Shown: positions 1 to 13,225, counted from the first letter of the stretch. The stretch is DNA of 60,000 bases from Felis catus (GCF_018350175.1 NC_058383.1:18230001-18290000), one strand, 5' to 3'. Program-made: numbers and translations. Notes: generated by a model from the letters alone, not told the origin.

Positions 1-150
1 ACCTCTTGGTGCCTCAGTTCCCTCATCTGTAAAATGGAGATCACAATAGTACCGACCTCAAACGACTGTGAGGATGATGGGAGTTAATATGTGTGAAGCA
101 CTGACAGCAATGCCTGTTACGGAAAAGCACTTAGTAAATGCCAGCCATTA
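1..150 (+). mobile_element. MIR SINE fragment
   Basis: MIR core CCTCAGTTCCCTCATCTGTAAAATGGAGAT..AATAGTACC. Confidence 0.75.
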
Positions 151-369
151 TCATCTAATCCTCACCTCAAGCCTGTTTACTGGTGATCACATTGAAGCTC
201 AGGAATGAAAATGACCTGCCCAAAGTGCCCAGTGGGTAAGTGGCAGAGCTGGAACCCTGATCTAGGCAGGCCTTCTCTTTGTCCCTCTGTCCCTCCCCCT
301 GGGCCCAGACCTGGGGTGTGCTTGAGCTCAGGACTCCACCCGGTGCACCTCCCGCCCCGTGGTGGTCAC

Positions 370-422
370 CTGGTGTAGGAGTACTTGTTGTTACTGCGGT
401 TGTGCAGGAGCTTCACCACGGG
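370..422 (-). CDS. KCTD13: KCTD13 coding exon 4 (PVVKLLHNRSNNKYSYT), 53 bp; gene continues left of the window
   Basis: Acceptor ..ccaacag (AG at 424-423), donor AG|GTGACC; peptide matches the conserved KCTD10/KCTD13/TNFAIP1 motif; phase continues from exon 3. Confidence 0.95.
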
Positions 423-511
423 CTGTTGGCGGAGAGAGCATGGAGAAGGGTGGGGGTCAGGCTGCAAGGAGAGGCCCCCGGCCTCCACCCTACAGGGCTC
501 AGGGGCCTCAC

Positions 512-601
512 CTTGGAGGTGCTGGCCAGGAGCTGCTGCTCCTCCCGGGGAGATGTCACCGTGGGGATGAGGCACAGCGGGGACAGGTTCTCCCTTTTTT
601 G
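512..601 (-). CDS. KCTD13: KCTD13 coding exon 3 (QKRENLSPLCLIPTVTSPREEQQLLASTSK), 90 bp
   Basis: Acceptor cttcttctccag, donor AAG|GTGAGG, phase 0/0; 89-bp intron to exon 4. Confidence 0.95.
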
Positions 602-1279
602 CTGGAGAAGAAGCGGAAGGTGGTTAACAGCACAACCAAAGGTCACTCACTCCCCCACTTAAAAGCTGTCAAAAGTTGTTGTTGCCTTTGGGAAAAAAAT
701 TCAGACTCCTTAGTGGTCCACAAAGCTCTGCAGGATTCAACCTCTCCGATCTCATCTCTACCACTCTCCCCCTACTTGCTGGGCTTCAGCCCCACCCATG
801 GCTGTTCCTTGTGCCCACCCAGGTGTTTGCTGTTCCCACTGCCTGGAATGGTCTACACTGTTGTATGTATGGCTGGCCCCTTCATACCATTAAGATAACT
901 CAAACAGTACCCCCCAGAGGGTGCTGGTCCAATTCCTGAAGCTCCCTGACCACTACTAGAGTAAAGTAGGCTCCTCTACTTCCTTTTCACATTAGCAGCT
1001 CATTCTTCATGGCTCTTAGTTCTTCACATTTTCTCACTTTGGGGTATGTTTGCTTATGATCTGGTCTCTTCTCACCTAGGGAATTCCTAGTATACAGTGG
1101 ATGCTCAGTGTCTGTTCAGTAAATGAACTTGGTTGGGTGGGATGAGGTCTGAGGCAAAACCAGATACATGGGCTTCTTTCCTCTTTCCTGTCTTTAAGAA
1201 TCTTTATGCCAAAACCCCTCTCACCTCTCTCAACCAGAAGATCTCTTAACTAGAAATTCCAGAAGATTTTTAAAAATTA

Positions 1280-1468
1280 GGGCACCTGGGTGGCTCAGTC
1301 AGTGAAGCGTCTGACTCTTGGTTTTGGCTCAGGTCATGATCTCACCCGGTTCATGTGTTTGATCCCCACATCGGGCTCCGTGCTGAAAGCGCAGAGCCTG
1401 CTTGGAATTTCTCTCCCCTCTCCTCTCTCTCAAAACAAACGAACAAACAAACATTAAAAGAAAAAAAA
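1280..1468 (+). mobile_element. Carnivore tRNA-derived SINE (SINEC)
   Basis: GGGCACCTGGGTGGCTCAGTC head, CT tract, A-rich tail. Confidence 0.9.
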
Positions 1469-1736
1469 CTCATATGACTTTTTCTAAAATTAACATGGAA
1501 AAATAAAAGTCTATTACTTAGGTCAATTTTTAAAAAGAACCAAGAGAAAAGACTGACTCTATCATATATTAATGTATCCTACAAAGCCATATTAAAGAAA
1601 ACAGTGTGGTTTTGGTTTGGGGGAACAAACAAGAAACCAATGGAACACAACAGAGAGTTTGGAAACAGGCTGGTATATATATGAAAACATATTTATAAAG
1701 AGGACACCACATATCAGTGGGGGCAAGTATGAAGTA

Positions 1737-4132
1737 TGTATTGGTTATTGCTGTGTAATGAACTATCTCCAAACTTGGCAGCTTAAATCAACAATAAATA
1801 TTTATTACCCTAGTGTCTGTGGGTCAGGGATTCAGGAGTGGCTCAGATGGGTCATTTTGGCATAGGGGTCTCCCTTGAGGTTGTAGTCATGTCACCCAGT
1901 GCTGCAGGAATCTGAAGACATGCCTGATTTGGACGGTTTGTGTCTGAGAAAGCTTATTCATATGGCTGGCAAGTTCATGCTGGCTGTCGGCAGGAAACAT
2001 CTCATCCCTGTCATCTGGACCTCTCCATAGGGTTGCTTGCGTGTCCTCACAAAATGGCAGCTGGCTTCTCCGGAGCAGATGATCCGAGAGACCAAGGTGA
2101 TGGGCTCAATGTCTTTCATGACCTAGTTTTGTCAGCTCTGTTCAGTGTGGAAGGAAACTACATGAAAGAATAAATACTAGGGAATAAGAATCACCGGAGA
2201 CTGCCTTGGAGGCTAACTAACTCTACAGGCCACCTTCTGGCTCCTTTGATTCAACTCCTTCCCATTGAAAAACACACTTCCTCCCTCCCAAGATCCCCCA
2301 AAGTCTCATCCCATTTCAGCGTCACTTGAAGTACAGAATCTTGTTATCTAAGTCAGTGTAGGTTGGGATGAGGCTCCTTAGGTGTAGTTCCTTAAGTATA
2401 GCTCCGTAAACATTTCCACTCTATCTGAAGACCTGTGAACTAAAGAGACCACTCATCTCTCCCATATACCTACTATGCAGTGGTGGAACAGGCATTAGCA
2501 CAATCACCGGGGCACTCTTGTTCAAACGGTTGGGGAGGAGGTAGGTGGCACACGGAAGTCACTGTTTCCTATCAATTCTGTAATCCAGTTGGATGAATAC
2601 TGGGAGCTCTCTGATGCCTACTCTTATTAAGAAATGATTCTCCGTTGAAAAAAAAAAAAAAGAAATGATTCTCTATGGCTCTTGGCTCTGCCCTGAGTCA
2701 TCCTTCCTTTTCCATGAAAGATAATCCATGCTCGCAGCTCCATGGTTTCCTGCCAGTAGAACTCTGGGGGGTCCAAAGGTCTTGCACGGTCTGTCACTTT
2801 TGGTCCAAGCTGGCAGTGTTTCTGCCAATATAATTCTCTTAAAAACTTAATGGGTGTCTTGTGAGTCTTGGGGTTCAGTTCATTAGACAAATGCCACACC
2901 CACAAATCTTCGTGAGATAAGCTGTCCTCTACTTTGGGCTTGTGCTGAGACTGCTGAGGGGTAACACCCTTAAGTTTCTTAGAAGCACTATTATTTGATT
3001 CAAAGGTTCTCTGAGGCATCTTCTTGGATATTTCTGAAGTCTTAACAAAGGATTTTACAATCATATCCTCAGTTTCATCTTTAGATCATGTTTTACTGAG
3101 AATGCCCTATATTTGATCTTTGCCTGGAAGCCATTTGTTAATTTTAACATCATGCGTTACCTGGAAAGGCTGGGGACTTTCAAACCCAGTAATACCTGGC
3201 TCCTTTGTGTTCAATTGTTTTTCCTCTTGCTTACCCTCTCCTCTTCTATTTTACTATCAGCAACAATAAACCCAGTGGCACCTTCAACATTCTTTCTGGA
3301 AATCTCTTTAGCTACACCACCCAGATCATTAGGTACATTTTCCACTTTCTACATTACTGTAGGAGACAGTGTTGTTAAACTTCTGCCACTACATAACAAG
3401 GATCCCCTTTACACCAGTTTCCAGTAACATTTTCATCCCAGCAGCCTACTCCAAGGTCATCAGACTTCTGTGAACAGACCCTCTCAAGCTCTTTAGGCTT
3501 TTATTAATATTCTCCTCAAAGCCATGCCAGCTTGTGCCCACTTCCCAGTTCTAAAGCCACTCCTACACTTTAGAGTTTTGTTACCACAGAACCCCACTCC
3601 AGATACCCAATCTGTTCTCTATTGCTGGGTAATAAATTACTACAAATTTAGCAGCTTACAACAATAAACATTTATTATCACACAGTTTCGGTGGATTGGG
3701 AACTTGAGATCACCTTAGCTGGGTGGTCCTGGCCCAGGGTCTCTCATGAAGTTGGAGTCCAGACATTGGCCAGGGCTGTAGTTATCCGAAGGCTGGACTG
3801 GGCCTAGAGAATCTGCTTGAGATAGTTCACCCATATGGCTGGGAGTCTGTGCTGGCTATTGGCTGAAGCTGGCTATTGGCTTCAGTTCCTCACCAAGTGA
3901 ACCTCCCTCGTCCTCGTGTGGCAGCTGGCTTCCCCCAGAGTGAGTGACCCGAGACAGGCAGAAATGGCAATGTCTTTTATGACTTGGCTTTAGAAGTCAC
4001 ACACCATCACTTCTGCAATATCCTACTGATTACATAGGTCAGCCCTATTCAGCGTGGAAGGGGACTAAACAAGAGCATGAATAAGGAGGAAGTAAGAATT
4101 GCGGGTGGGCATCTTGGACACTGGCTACCACT
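1737..4132 (-). mobile_element. Two-LTR MaLR element: MLT1F-like LTRs (~3610-4132 and ~1737-2227) flanking MLT1-int
   Basis: Two diverged direct repeats resembling the MLT1F consensus (GTGGTAGCCAG..CCAAGATG on minus); ~1.4 kb internal part includes a MaLR-like ORF remnant at 2627-3064. Confidence 0.8.
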
Positions 4133-4398
4133 GAATATTTAGTAGGTGGCATTGGGAAAACTAGTTCACTCTATGGAGGACAAAAAATAGTTAAATCCCT
4201 TCATAATTTACATTTATAACAGTGAATTCCATTTAGACCCATATATGAAAGATAAAACCATAAAGCTAATAAAAGATGTAGAATGGAAAAAACAAACAAA
4301 CAAAAAACCTTTTTAAGCAAGACCCTGAAAGGATATACCATTAAGGGGGGAAATAAAGGAGCGGGAGGAATTTGACATTAAAAATCAAGAATTTCACA

Positions 4399-4612
4399 GG
4401 AAGCCTGGGTGGCTCAGTCAGTTAAGCAGCCAACTTTGGCTCAGGTCATGATCTCACGGTTCATGAGCTCGAGCCCCGCATCAGGCTCTGTGCTGACAGC
4501 TCAGAGCCTGGAGCCTGCTTCAGATTCTGTCTCCCTCTCTCTCTGTCCCTCCCCCACTCTCACTCTGCTTCTCTCTCTCTCTCTCTCAAAAAAAATAAAC
4601 ATTAAAAAAAAT
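4399..4612 (+). mobile_element. SINEC_Fc-type SINE
   Basis: Full body; flanking AAAAATCAAGAATT duplication. Confidence 0.9.
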
Positions 4613-5257
4613 CAAGAATTTCTCCAGTTAACAACGGAAAACGTGACTTTACAAATAACCCCAGGTCATAATGTTGAAGGAATAATAACAATTACAATTA
4701 CTCCACAACCCTAATGAAACTACTGATTCACATAAGGATTCTCAACTGGTGTGTGGTTGATAGATAACTGCCATTCACACAGTGCATAAACATTACAGAT
4801 TGCTTTACAGCTCGCACGAAGGAAGTGTAACTATAATGGAGGGATCTGACCATTATCATCTGAATCTAGGAGCCAATTCTGAGCATTACCAACAATGGGT
4901 CATATTAACAATATTATGGGTCACTTCATATAACACAGTATGAAATACATAAAATTACCTACAATGTATTCTAACCAAAATGTTTAGTGTCAAGTCTTTA
5001 AATCTACAGTCTAGTTTACAGAAAACTCAGAATAGGGTAGAGTAACAAACCAAATGACACCACAGGTAAACAACCACACAAATTTGGAAAGTGGGTCACT
5101 GTGCAAGACAGCTGGTGGTCTCTTTAACAAGTCAGCATGAACAAAAAAGGGATGGTTTTCGGCTGGAAGAAGACTTAAAGAACATAATAACCAGATGTAA
5201 TGCAAAGATCTAGACTGGATCCTGGTTTAGATGAGTCAGCTATAAAAGATGTTTCTA

Positions 5258-5450
5258 GGGGCGCCTGGGTGGCGCAGTCGGTTAAGCGTCCGACTTCAGC
5301 CAGGTCACGATCTCGTGGTCCGTGAGTTCAAGCCCCGCGTCGGGCTCTGGGCTGATGGCTCAGAGCCTGGAGCCTGTTTCCGATTCTGTGTCTCCCTCTC
5401 TCTCTGCCCCTCCCCCGTTCATGCTCTGTCTCTCTCTGTCCCAAAAATAA

Positions 5451-5479
<29 letters not shown>
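5258..5479 (+). mobile_element. Young full-length SINEC_Fc
   Basis: CpG-rich body, long pure A tail, TSD AAAGATGTTTCT at 5245-5256 and 5480-5491. Confidence 0.95.
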
Positions 5480-5484
<5 letters not shown>

Positions 5485-5626
5485 TGTTTCTGGAACAAAT
5501 GGAGAATTTGTATACCCTGGATGTTAGATAAGAAAAAATTTTATTGACATGGAAAGATGGCAATTATTAACAAATAAACAAAAAAACCAGACTACAAAAC
5601 AGCACATACAGCACCACCATAATTTG

Positions 5627-5629
<3 letters not shown>

Positions 5630-5666
<37 letters not shown>
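5630..5666. repeat. (CA)n microsatellite
   Basis: Pure AC repeat. Confidence 0.95.
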
Positions 5667-5668
<2 letters not shown>

Positions 5669-7247
5669 ATCGACCCAGAAGGATATTTGGTGCTTTTATT
5701 TTTTTTTGATTATCTGTGTTTTCTAAATTTCTACAATACATATATATACTGCTTTAAAAATAATAAATGGTTATTTATAATAAAAAAAAATCAAGGATTT
5801 CTATTCAACAACAGATGCCACAGACAGGTGACATTTCAAGAGAAAATACTGGCCACAATTAAAACTGACTAGAAATTATCTGAAACAGATTTTCTCAACT
5901 AGGATTCCTCACCCAAATCGCACACCCAGCAAATAAATAATTTGAGTAACTATTTTCTCAGTTCTTCCAAGGATGATAAGCAAACAGTACCATTCTAGCT
6001 GCACAGGAGGAGAATAAACTTATTATGTACAATATATGCCTTAGGGCTTAATTCTCCCCAGGAACTAAACTAAAATATGCAAGGATCTTCTGCAAAGCAA
6101 CAAGAAAAGGATAGGAAACTCAGTAGAAAATTTGGTAAAGAATATGAATAGGCAATTCACAGAATGGGAAACCAAAAAAGTGAGTTAAGCATATGAAAAG
6201 ATGCTCAATTCATTAGTAATCAGAGGCATGCAAATTAAAATGAGATCACTCCATACGAATCAGATTTGCAAAATTAGAACACTGGATGATGCTGTGTGTG
6301 GTTGAGAATATGCAGAAACGAGATCCCTTATGCATTGATGATCAAGAGTATAAAGTGCTACAGTCAATGGGGAGAGTAATCTGATGATACTTGCTGAAAT
6401 TTATTTGTATGTGTTCTGTGACCCAGCAATTCCACTCCCAAACATGAGAAACCCTGGCCCAGGATCCACACTCACAGTGGCAGGTGGCACTGTTTGTAGG
6501 GGAAGGAAGTAGGAGGCAATCTAGGTCTCCAACCTCAGGGGAATGTATAAATAAAATATGGTGAATACAAGCCATAGATTCTTGTGCAGCAGTCAGAAGT
6601 AAAGAACTAAATGTACATATAGCAACATGAATAGATCTTGAAAAAAGTGTTCAAACAGAAAACACAATCAATAGCTCAATGCCATTTATGGATATTTAAA
6701 ACGTACATATATAAAACAATGCTTTTAGCTTTTCAAGGGTACAAACATAATCCAAGTATATGTATCAAAACATTAGAATTGGAGGGCTATCTATAGGTCA
6801 AAGGGAAATGGGCAAGGGACTGGGAATGACAGGGAAAAAGTAAAAAGAGAAAAGATTTGTATACACCAATAATGATTAAGTACCACACACTGAGGAGCAT
6901 GATGAACTCAATTCTCTAAACCCAAATCTTAACAACAAAAACAAAACCTCCAGGCAAACAAGAAAACTCTGAGTGGGGTGAGGATGGGAATGGTGTCAGG
7001 GAAACCTGGAAAGGAGGCAGCTGGAGTACAGAGGAAAAAGCACTGCACCTGGGAATCTGAGCTCTGCAGCTTACTGGCTCTTTGACCTCGAAGGCATCCC
7101 CAACTTCCCTCCTTTATGTCAAACAGGAGGTACAAGATGTACACACAAATAGATAGCAGAATTGCTCCTGACACACAGTGGGTGTGAGGTAACACTGGAT
7201 AAATGTAGAACTACAGAGCAGGAACCCACTTTCAAGATCATTTAATG

Positions 7248-7450
7248 CAGTGGTTTTCAAACTGCAAGTGGTTACTCATTAGTGGGTCATGAATAAGTTT
7301 AATGGGTCCCAAAAAGCATTAAAAAGAGAACAGAATATATCAGTGTGTATTTCACTAAAAGTATCTTTTCATAAAACTCTTATTTAAGTTATATATATGT
7401 GAGTATAAAATGCATTTTTTCTTCTATGGGATGCAGTTTGAAAAACATGG
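7248..7450. mobile_element. Non-autonomous hAT-Charlie-type DNA transposon (MITE)
   Basis: Terminal inverted repeats CAGTGGTTTTCAAACTG ... CAGTTTGAAAAACATGG. Confidence 0.7.
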
Positions 7451-8430
7451 ATATTGCCCAAAGGAACTCTATATTTTTGGATTTCCAGAACCAGTAAGTA
7501 TTCACCAAGACAACAGAAAGTTGTTAATAGTTGCCACTTTTTAACACATAAAGGGCATTAAAAAAAACCTCATTATCTCCTATTAATATTGTATCATAAA
7601 AGAAAGGACATGTTTAACATTGTCAAAGTAGAACAGAATAAAAGGCTTATGTAAAACTCACTACACTGTACATATTTTTCTTGTTTCCCTATCTTTTGGA
7701 ACATGAGGACAGAATGCCAGAGGTAGGAACTGATTCAATCAAGGTCGTTCAGTGAGCTGTGGGAGAGGTGACACTTAACCCACAGGTCCTGGCTATGCTT
7801 TCTACCTCCTCAGAATCCTAAGAGATCCATAGAAGAGAAGCCCAGCAGTTGGGGCTCTGGAACCCCCAACCTGTTGTATTGGGAGCAGTTCTGCTTCTAG
7901 GATTTCAACGCTATTAAAAAAAAAAAAAAAAAGTTAAAAAGAAAAAAAACCAAACCTGGTTGGAGGTGGAATGCTGCCTCCCAGGACAGAACCAAATCAC
8001 ACAGGTCACTATATTCTAGTTTAAATTAGTTTTTTGTTTTTGTTTTTTCCTAGTGGCACATGGAGTTATTTAAGATTTCTGAGCAAGGAGGAGAAGAGAT
8101 TGGGATTGTGTTTAAGGATCATCATTCAGGTGGTAGTGTGAGAGCTCCATTAGCCAGGTAGGAACAGCAAGGAGGGAGCAGTTATTTAACAACTGCATTA
8201 GTCCTGGCATGAGGTGGTGAAAGAGGTCCTTCTTGAGGCAGCAGGGATACAGTGGAAAGCACCCCCAAATTTTCTGTGGTCATGACCAGTCACGGCCAGG
8301 CCACAGGCAGCATCTCTGGACAGTACCCCATATGCCTCTTCTCTCTCTTTTTTTTTAATGTCCTAGTATCTAACTGCTTGGGCAGCTCTCCCAGGGACAC
8401 GGGCATAGGGTGGGACCCAGGGACCCTCAC

Positions 8431-8600
8431 CTGCAGTGCTAGCTGGCAGTCCTCAATCAGGCCCTGTACCAGGTAGTAGCGCGCTTCGCCTAGTAGCTCC
8501 CCCAGCTCTCTGGTACTCTCAGGCAGTGGCACGGACCCATCCCGCAGGTAGTTGAGGATTGTACCAAAGTGACGGCCGCTCCGGTCAATCAGCACCCAAC
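8431..8600 (-). CDS. KCTD13: KCTD13 coding exon 2, BTB/POZ domain second half (GWVLIDRSGRHFGTILNYLRDGSVPLP...CQLALQ), 170 bp
   Basis: Acceptor ..ccccaccag, donor CAG|GTGAGG; T1-type BTB motif IDRSGRHFGTILNYLRDG; 244+170 nt = 138 codons. Confidence 0.97.
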
Positions 8601-9879
8601 CTGGTGGGGTGGAGAGAGGCAGGAGGAAGGCTGGCTTTGCAGGTGGCTCCGGAGCTACTAAACTTTTATGAAAAACAGATTTTTCCCTCTTCGAGTCTGA
8701 ATACTGATCTGTCTCAGACCGCTGCCATCCCCAAGAACATCCCTTTTAAAAATCTCCAGTGAGTTCTCCCATAGGCCCCTTTTTAACAACATATTGCAGA
8801 CACAGAGAATTAACTCCCTTCCAAGTCTGTCCCATGTTGAAAAAGCTCTCACCGTGAGAAAGTTATTACAGATTACCGTATCAACAAACTCTAACCTTTG
8901 GTGTTAATTCTGACCATCCTACTTAATTAAAATGCCTACCCCATCCTCCAGTTCACTACCATTTTAATGTTTATATTATTCATAGAACTTATTACTATCT
9001 GCAATTACATGTATTTTTTGCATGTGTACTTGCTCATTATTTTCCTCCTGCTCCCACAAAAAAGTAAAGTCAGCAAGACTAATCTTGTTTGATTCATTTA
9101 CCAAAGTATCTCGGGCACTAACTGGCGCTTTACAAATAATTGCTGAATAAATACATTCTTCAATTTCAGATATTTGAAGACTGAACTCCACCTCTGAAAT
9201 TTTAATTCTCCTGCTCTTACAATCCTCGTTATATCCCTCTAAATCCCCCCGCCCCTCACAAAAACTTTAAGGTTCCACCGGGGCATGTGTGTCCAACCCT
9301 GAAGGCAACACTCCAAGAACGTAAGGTTCACCTGCCAAAGAGAACTGTCCACCCTCTATTCTGGTGTCCCTGGCAAACCCAAAGCAGCCCTTTTCTACAA
9401 TCTGCATTTACAGATGAATCCCTAGAGTGTACAGGGACCTGTGTTACAGGAACACGCCAACAGACAACTCCTCCCGGCTGGCGGTTAGCAGTGCTGAGGT
9501 AGAGAGGCAAACATAAGGCTAAGCAGTTAGAAGGAACCTGAAGGTTGCCTGGAAGGGCGCTGCTGGCAGAAGGGCTGGTTCCCAAGTCGTTTCGGCAGAG
9601 TAAAGGGTGGGAGAATTGGAGGGAAGTGATAATAAAAATTCTGAAGTGTCATGTTGAATCACAATCGTAGCACCTGTTGCGGGGGGGAAGTGATGTTCCA
9701 TAAACATTGGTTATTTGCAGGGGGTTAAGGACTGAGGGAGATTATGGATGAGAAAGGGGAGATAAGACGGGATGTGGGGCTGGAGGGAGATGAGTAAGAG
9801 TTGAGTGGACGATAGAGACGAGAGAGGGGGTAGGAGGAGACTGGGCGAAGAAAGGTAGACGGGGATCTGGAAGACCACA

Positions 9880-10960
9880 CAGGTGAGGGCGGCGCGGCGT
9901 ACCTCCCGCATCGGTGAGCACCTCTGCGCGGCCGCTGAACATGGCCTTGAGCATGGTGTCCTGTCCCGTGAGGGTGCGCAGCGTGGTGTAGTGCAGCGAG
10001 CCGCCCACGTTCAGCTTCACGTACTTGCTGTTCGGGGTCAGCGGTTTCAGACCGTAGGCGGCGGAGCCAGGCTCGAGACCCGAGGGCTTAGGCGCTTCCA
10101 GGGACGGGGCCTCGGCCGCCGCCGGGCCCGAGGCCTCGGCCGACATGCCGGGGAGTGGCGGCGGACGGCTATCCTAGGCTCTCTCCGCACCCTCCGGCGG
10201 CTCCCAAGTACCCGGAGACCCAAGCCCTCGGGTCACACCACCCGGCCCGCGCGACCTCACGCCGCCGCTACTCGGCGGCACTGGCCCTCAGCTCCATCGC
10301 GCCGATACCGCCCGGAAGCCGGGGCCGAGCAACTGCGCAGGCGCCTCAAGGTCCCGCCCCCGACCTCGAGGGCCGGCGGTGCGGAGCATGCGTGCTGGCC
10401 TTGGGCCCGGTTGGGAGACAGCGCTCCGCCTATGGCGGGGCGGGGCCTTGTGCAAGGTGGGCGCCCCTCCGCGAGCCCCGGACCCTGAGTGTAGGAGGCT
10501 TCCTCCCCTCCCCTCCCCCCGGTCGCGAGTCTGCGGTGGAAAACGAGGTCTCCTCCGCGTCGTTGGGTCTTGCCCTCAGAGCGCTTCGTGGGCGTGAAGG
10601 GCAAGGACAAACTGAGAAGAGCTGCGAACAAAGCACCAAGGGAGATTCTTACAAGAGACTGCTGTGAGGTGGCCTTCTAGAGGAGGTGACAGGAGTGCTA
10701 GGGCATGCAGGGTGTGAGTCGGTAAGGTCTAGAGGGAGTGCGTCCCTGAGGAGGTGATGCGGCGCCGAAGCAGAGAAGACGCGGCCACGTGGAGGTGTGA
10801 GGGACAAGAGTTCCGGGCTGTGGGAAGGGCACAAACACAGACTCCAGGCCAGAACGCGCTTGGTGGTTTTGAGGAGCAGAATGAATGTCAAGGGTGGCTG
10901 CCGCAGCCAGGCAAGGGTCTCAGAACCCCGGCTGATGTCACGAGACAGCCAATCCTGAAA
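9880..10960. promoter_or_regulatory. CpG island / KCTD13 promoter, probably bidirectional
   Basis: High GC and CpG density; ETS CCGGAAG ~10312, tandem GC boxes ~10434-10446, CCACGTGG 10785-10792, CCAAT ~10949. Confidence 0.85.
9903..10146 (-). CDS. KCTD13: KCTD13 (BACURD1/PDIP1, CUL3 adaptor for RhoA) coding exon 1, 244 bp
   Basis: [11 protein letters not shown]...[34 protein letters not shown]; donor GAG|GTACGC, phase 1. Confidence 0.97.
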
Positions 10961-11332
10961 GAAAGAAGGAATAAGATCGGAACACCTTGTTGACTAGAGC
11001 GTGTGTTTTATCTGACTGAATCTACTTTCCTTCTAGAAGCTGCTACTTCAGAGATTTAATAATGGGCCTTTAATGTCTAGCAGGGGAAAACGGAGTTGTA
11101 GTTTCCACCATGCTCCCAGTTCACGGAGTGATCCTAGGCAAGCCACCTCTCTCTGGGCTTGGTTCCTTTTTTGCTTAGCGAGGGGTGCAGATTTCAGTGC
11201 CCGGGGCCGGGAGTGTAAATGAGTGGGGCAGGCCATTGTAAGGCACTGGGGAGTAATGGGGCCTGGGGTGACCCAAAGAGTTCATGTTTTACCAGAAGGG
11301 ATTGTCGATTGTGATTTTACAAGTGTAGCTGG

Positions 11333-11925
11333 TGAAAAAGAGAAAAGCAGCCCATCACAGCTGAGAGCTGGTGGGCACTCTCCCTCTAGAAGCCTTAGTA
11401 TTGCCAGGAGCTGGCCTAGCACTGTCAGCCGGGCTATGGTGTTGTCCTTTTGAGCGGAAACAATTTCACAGAACTCCCAACATCAGACAAAGGCAGTCTC
11501 TGATGGGTTGAGAGAAAGACCGTTTCATAATCATGTCTGCACACAAAAACAAGAACATTGTCCCAACCACAAAAATGACCAAACATAACTCTTTCTCCCC
11601 CCCAGTTTGAGTGACTGCCTTTTAATTTTTTTTACCAAGTACGGCTTTAATCCTTGATCCGTTCCTCCTAAATTCTAGATAAGAATTATTAAGATAACCA
11701 AAAAGAATTATCCCTACCTCCTGACAACTTCCAACCTAGCGCAAATCTCCCGTTTCTCAAACCCTCCTTGAAAATCATCCAACACAAGCCTAAATCCTGT
11801 AATAAATAAGTCCTTCCTAACACACGCTTGCTGAGATGTCCATGATGGGGTTCCCCATGGTGTGCCATTGCCCCTGTTTAACTACAGGTGTGTTCCCGTT
11901 GATCTTTGGCTGGAGGGCATTGTCA
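11333..11925 (+). mobile_element. 5' LTR
   Basis: TGAAAAAGAGAAAAGCAG...GGAGGGCATTGTCA; shares CAATTTCACA, AAATGACCAAA and AGGTGTGTTC blocks with 26565-27380. Confidence 0.85.
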
Positions 11926-13221
11926 GAAATGGGGAATCCACAGAGATTCAGCTAAAGCCCTTACCACCGTGGACTGGAACCCTCCACTCTAGTAATGTAC
12001 ACATCTGAGATCCCTTGTGTCTCGGAGGTGCCATCCTGTCCATGACCAGGAGCCAAGTTCTCACTATATTGAGCTCTAATATTTTGTTAAGACCCTTATG
12101 TGTTAGGATTATTTTGTTTTCCTTGGTATAATGTCCCCGTTGGTTTTTTGGTTATCCAATTAGATTTTTATTTTTCCTTGGTAAAATTGTTTTCGGGCTT
12201 TTTATACCTGCTATTATGGTCTGACCTCCTGTCTAGTGTTTTGAATGCCATTTGTCTATAACAGGAAACGTTTCTAGGGAAAGGACAGGTATACAGTCCT
12301 GGATGTCTAAGGTCATCACAAACCTGTTACTGCTCAAACTCTAATGATTGAACGTCACTTGTCCCTTTAAGAAGCTGGAGATGCCAACCACTCAGGGGTC
12401 ATATAACTAGTTAGCATGCTGGAGTGTCATTTATTACCAGGATAAACCAGACAAATCACTCTATCAACCAATGCCCAATAAGTCTGTACTATAACGAGTC
12501 TCAGAGGCTATGAAATTCAAAAGGTATCCTCGGACCAGTGTCTTTTGGATAAACTTTGCAGCGGATTGCCATTTTAAATTGCTATAAGGTCTTCTTCCTC
12601 AGTTTTGTTTGTGTCCCTGCAGACTTCTTTGTTTCATTTCTTCTGACCAGAATCAGGACATTTTCTCTGGTCCCTGTCAATGAAAATTGGCCTTTGGCAA
12701 AGTTCTGCAGATGCAAGGTTGCACAGCATCCTTATGGATCCTTGCCTCAACTAAGATTGGGCCAAATACCTGCTTCCTTCTCACAATTATACTAACTTGT
12801 ACCCTTATCTCTCTGACACAGTCTCACTAGGGACAATTTAGAATTGCAGTGGCCCCTAACAAGATTATTTATTTGAGAGGTAGGTACCTTAGAACAAAAA
12901 AAGGAAGAAAGTCTCCTGAGGAGATTATTTGTCTTATTTGTCAAAAGGAGAGATTATTTTATGGGGTGCCTGGCTGGCTGAGTTAGTAGAGTGTGCAACT
13001 CTTGACCTCAAGATTGTGAGTTCAAGCTCCGTATTGGATGTGGAGCCTACCTAAGAAAGAGAGAGACAGAGAGAGAGAGAGAGAGAGGTTATTTTGTTTA
13101 ACATAGGTGATTATTTCATTTCCATACTTTGGAGATTAATAAATGCTGACTTTTTAATTGTATAGCTGTATTACATTGCCAAGTGCCTCATTTATTTTTT
13201 TTTTAAATAGGCTGGAATATC

Positions 13222-13225
<4 letters not shown>

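Larger units (their letters stand above)
4650..6930 (+). mobile_element. Old L1 (L1MC/L1ME-like) 3' fragments, interrupted by a SINE and (CA)n
   Basis: L1 ORF2-end motifs (AAAAGATGCTCAA..ATGCAAATTAAAA, ACCCAGCAATTCCACTCC); boundaries approximate. Confidence 0.6.

Noticed and set aside
279..939. Plus-strand ORFs of 127 and 179 aa
   Set aside because: Antisense to KCTD13 exons 3-4 in GC-rich sequence; no independent support.
5258..5340. tRNA genes
   Set aside because: The A/B-box tRNA-like sequences are SINEC heads followed by CT tracts and A tails.
9883..10667. Long plus-strand ORFs (201 aa, 170 aa) over the KCTD13 promoter
   Set aside because: GC-rich CpG-island or antisense shadow ORFs with low-complexity Arg/Ala/Pro/Gly content and non-ATG starts; no recognisable domain.
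11926..11945. Primer-binding site after the 5' LTR
   Set aside because: GAAATGGGGAATCC is too degenerate to assign a tRNA.
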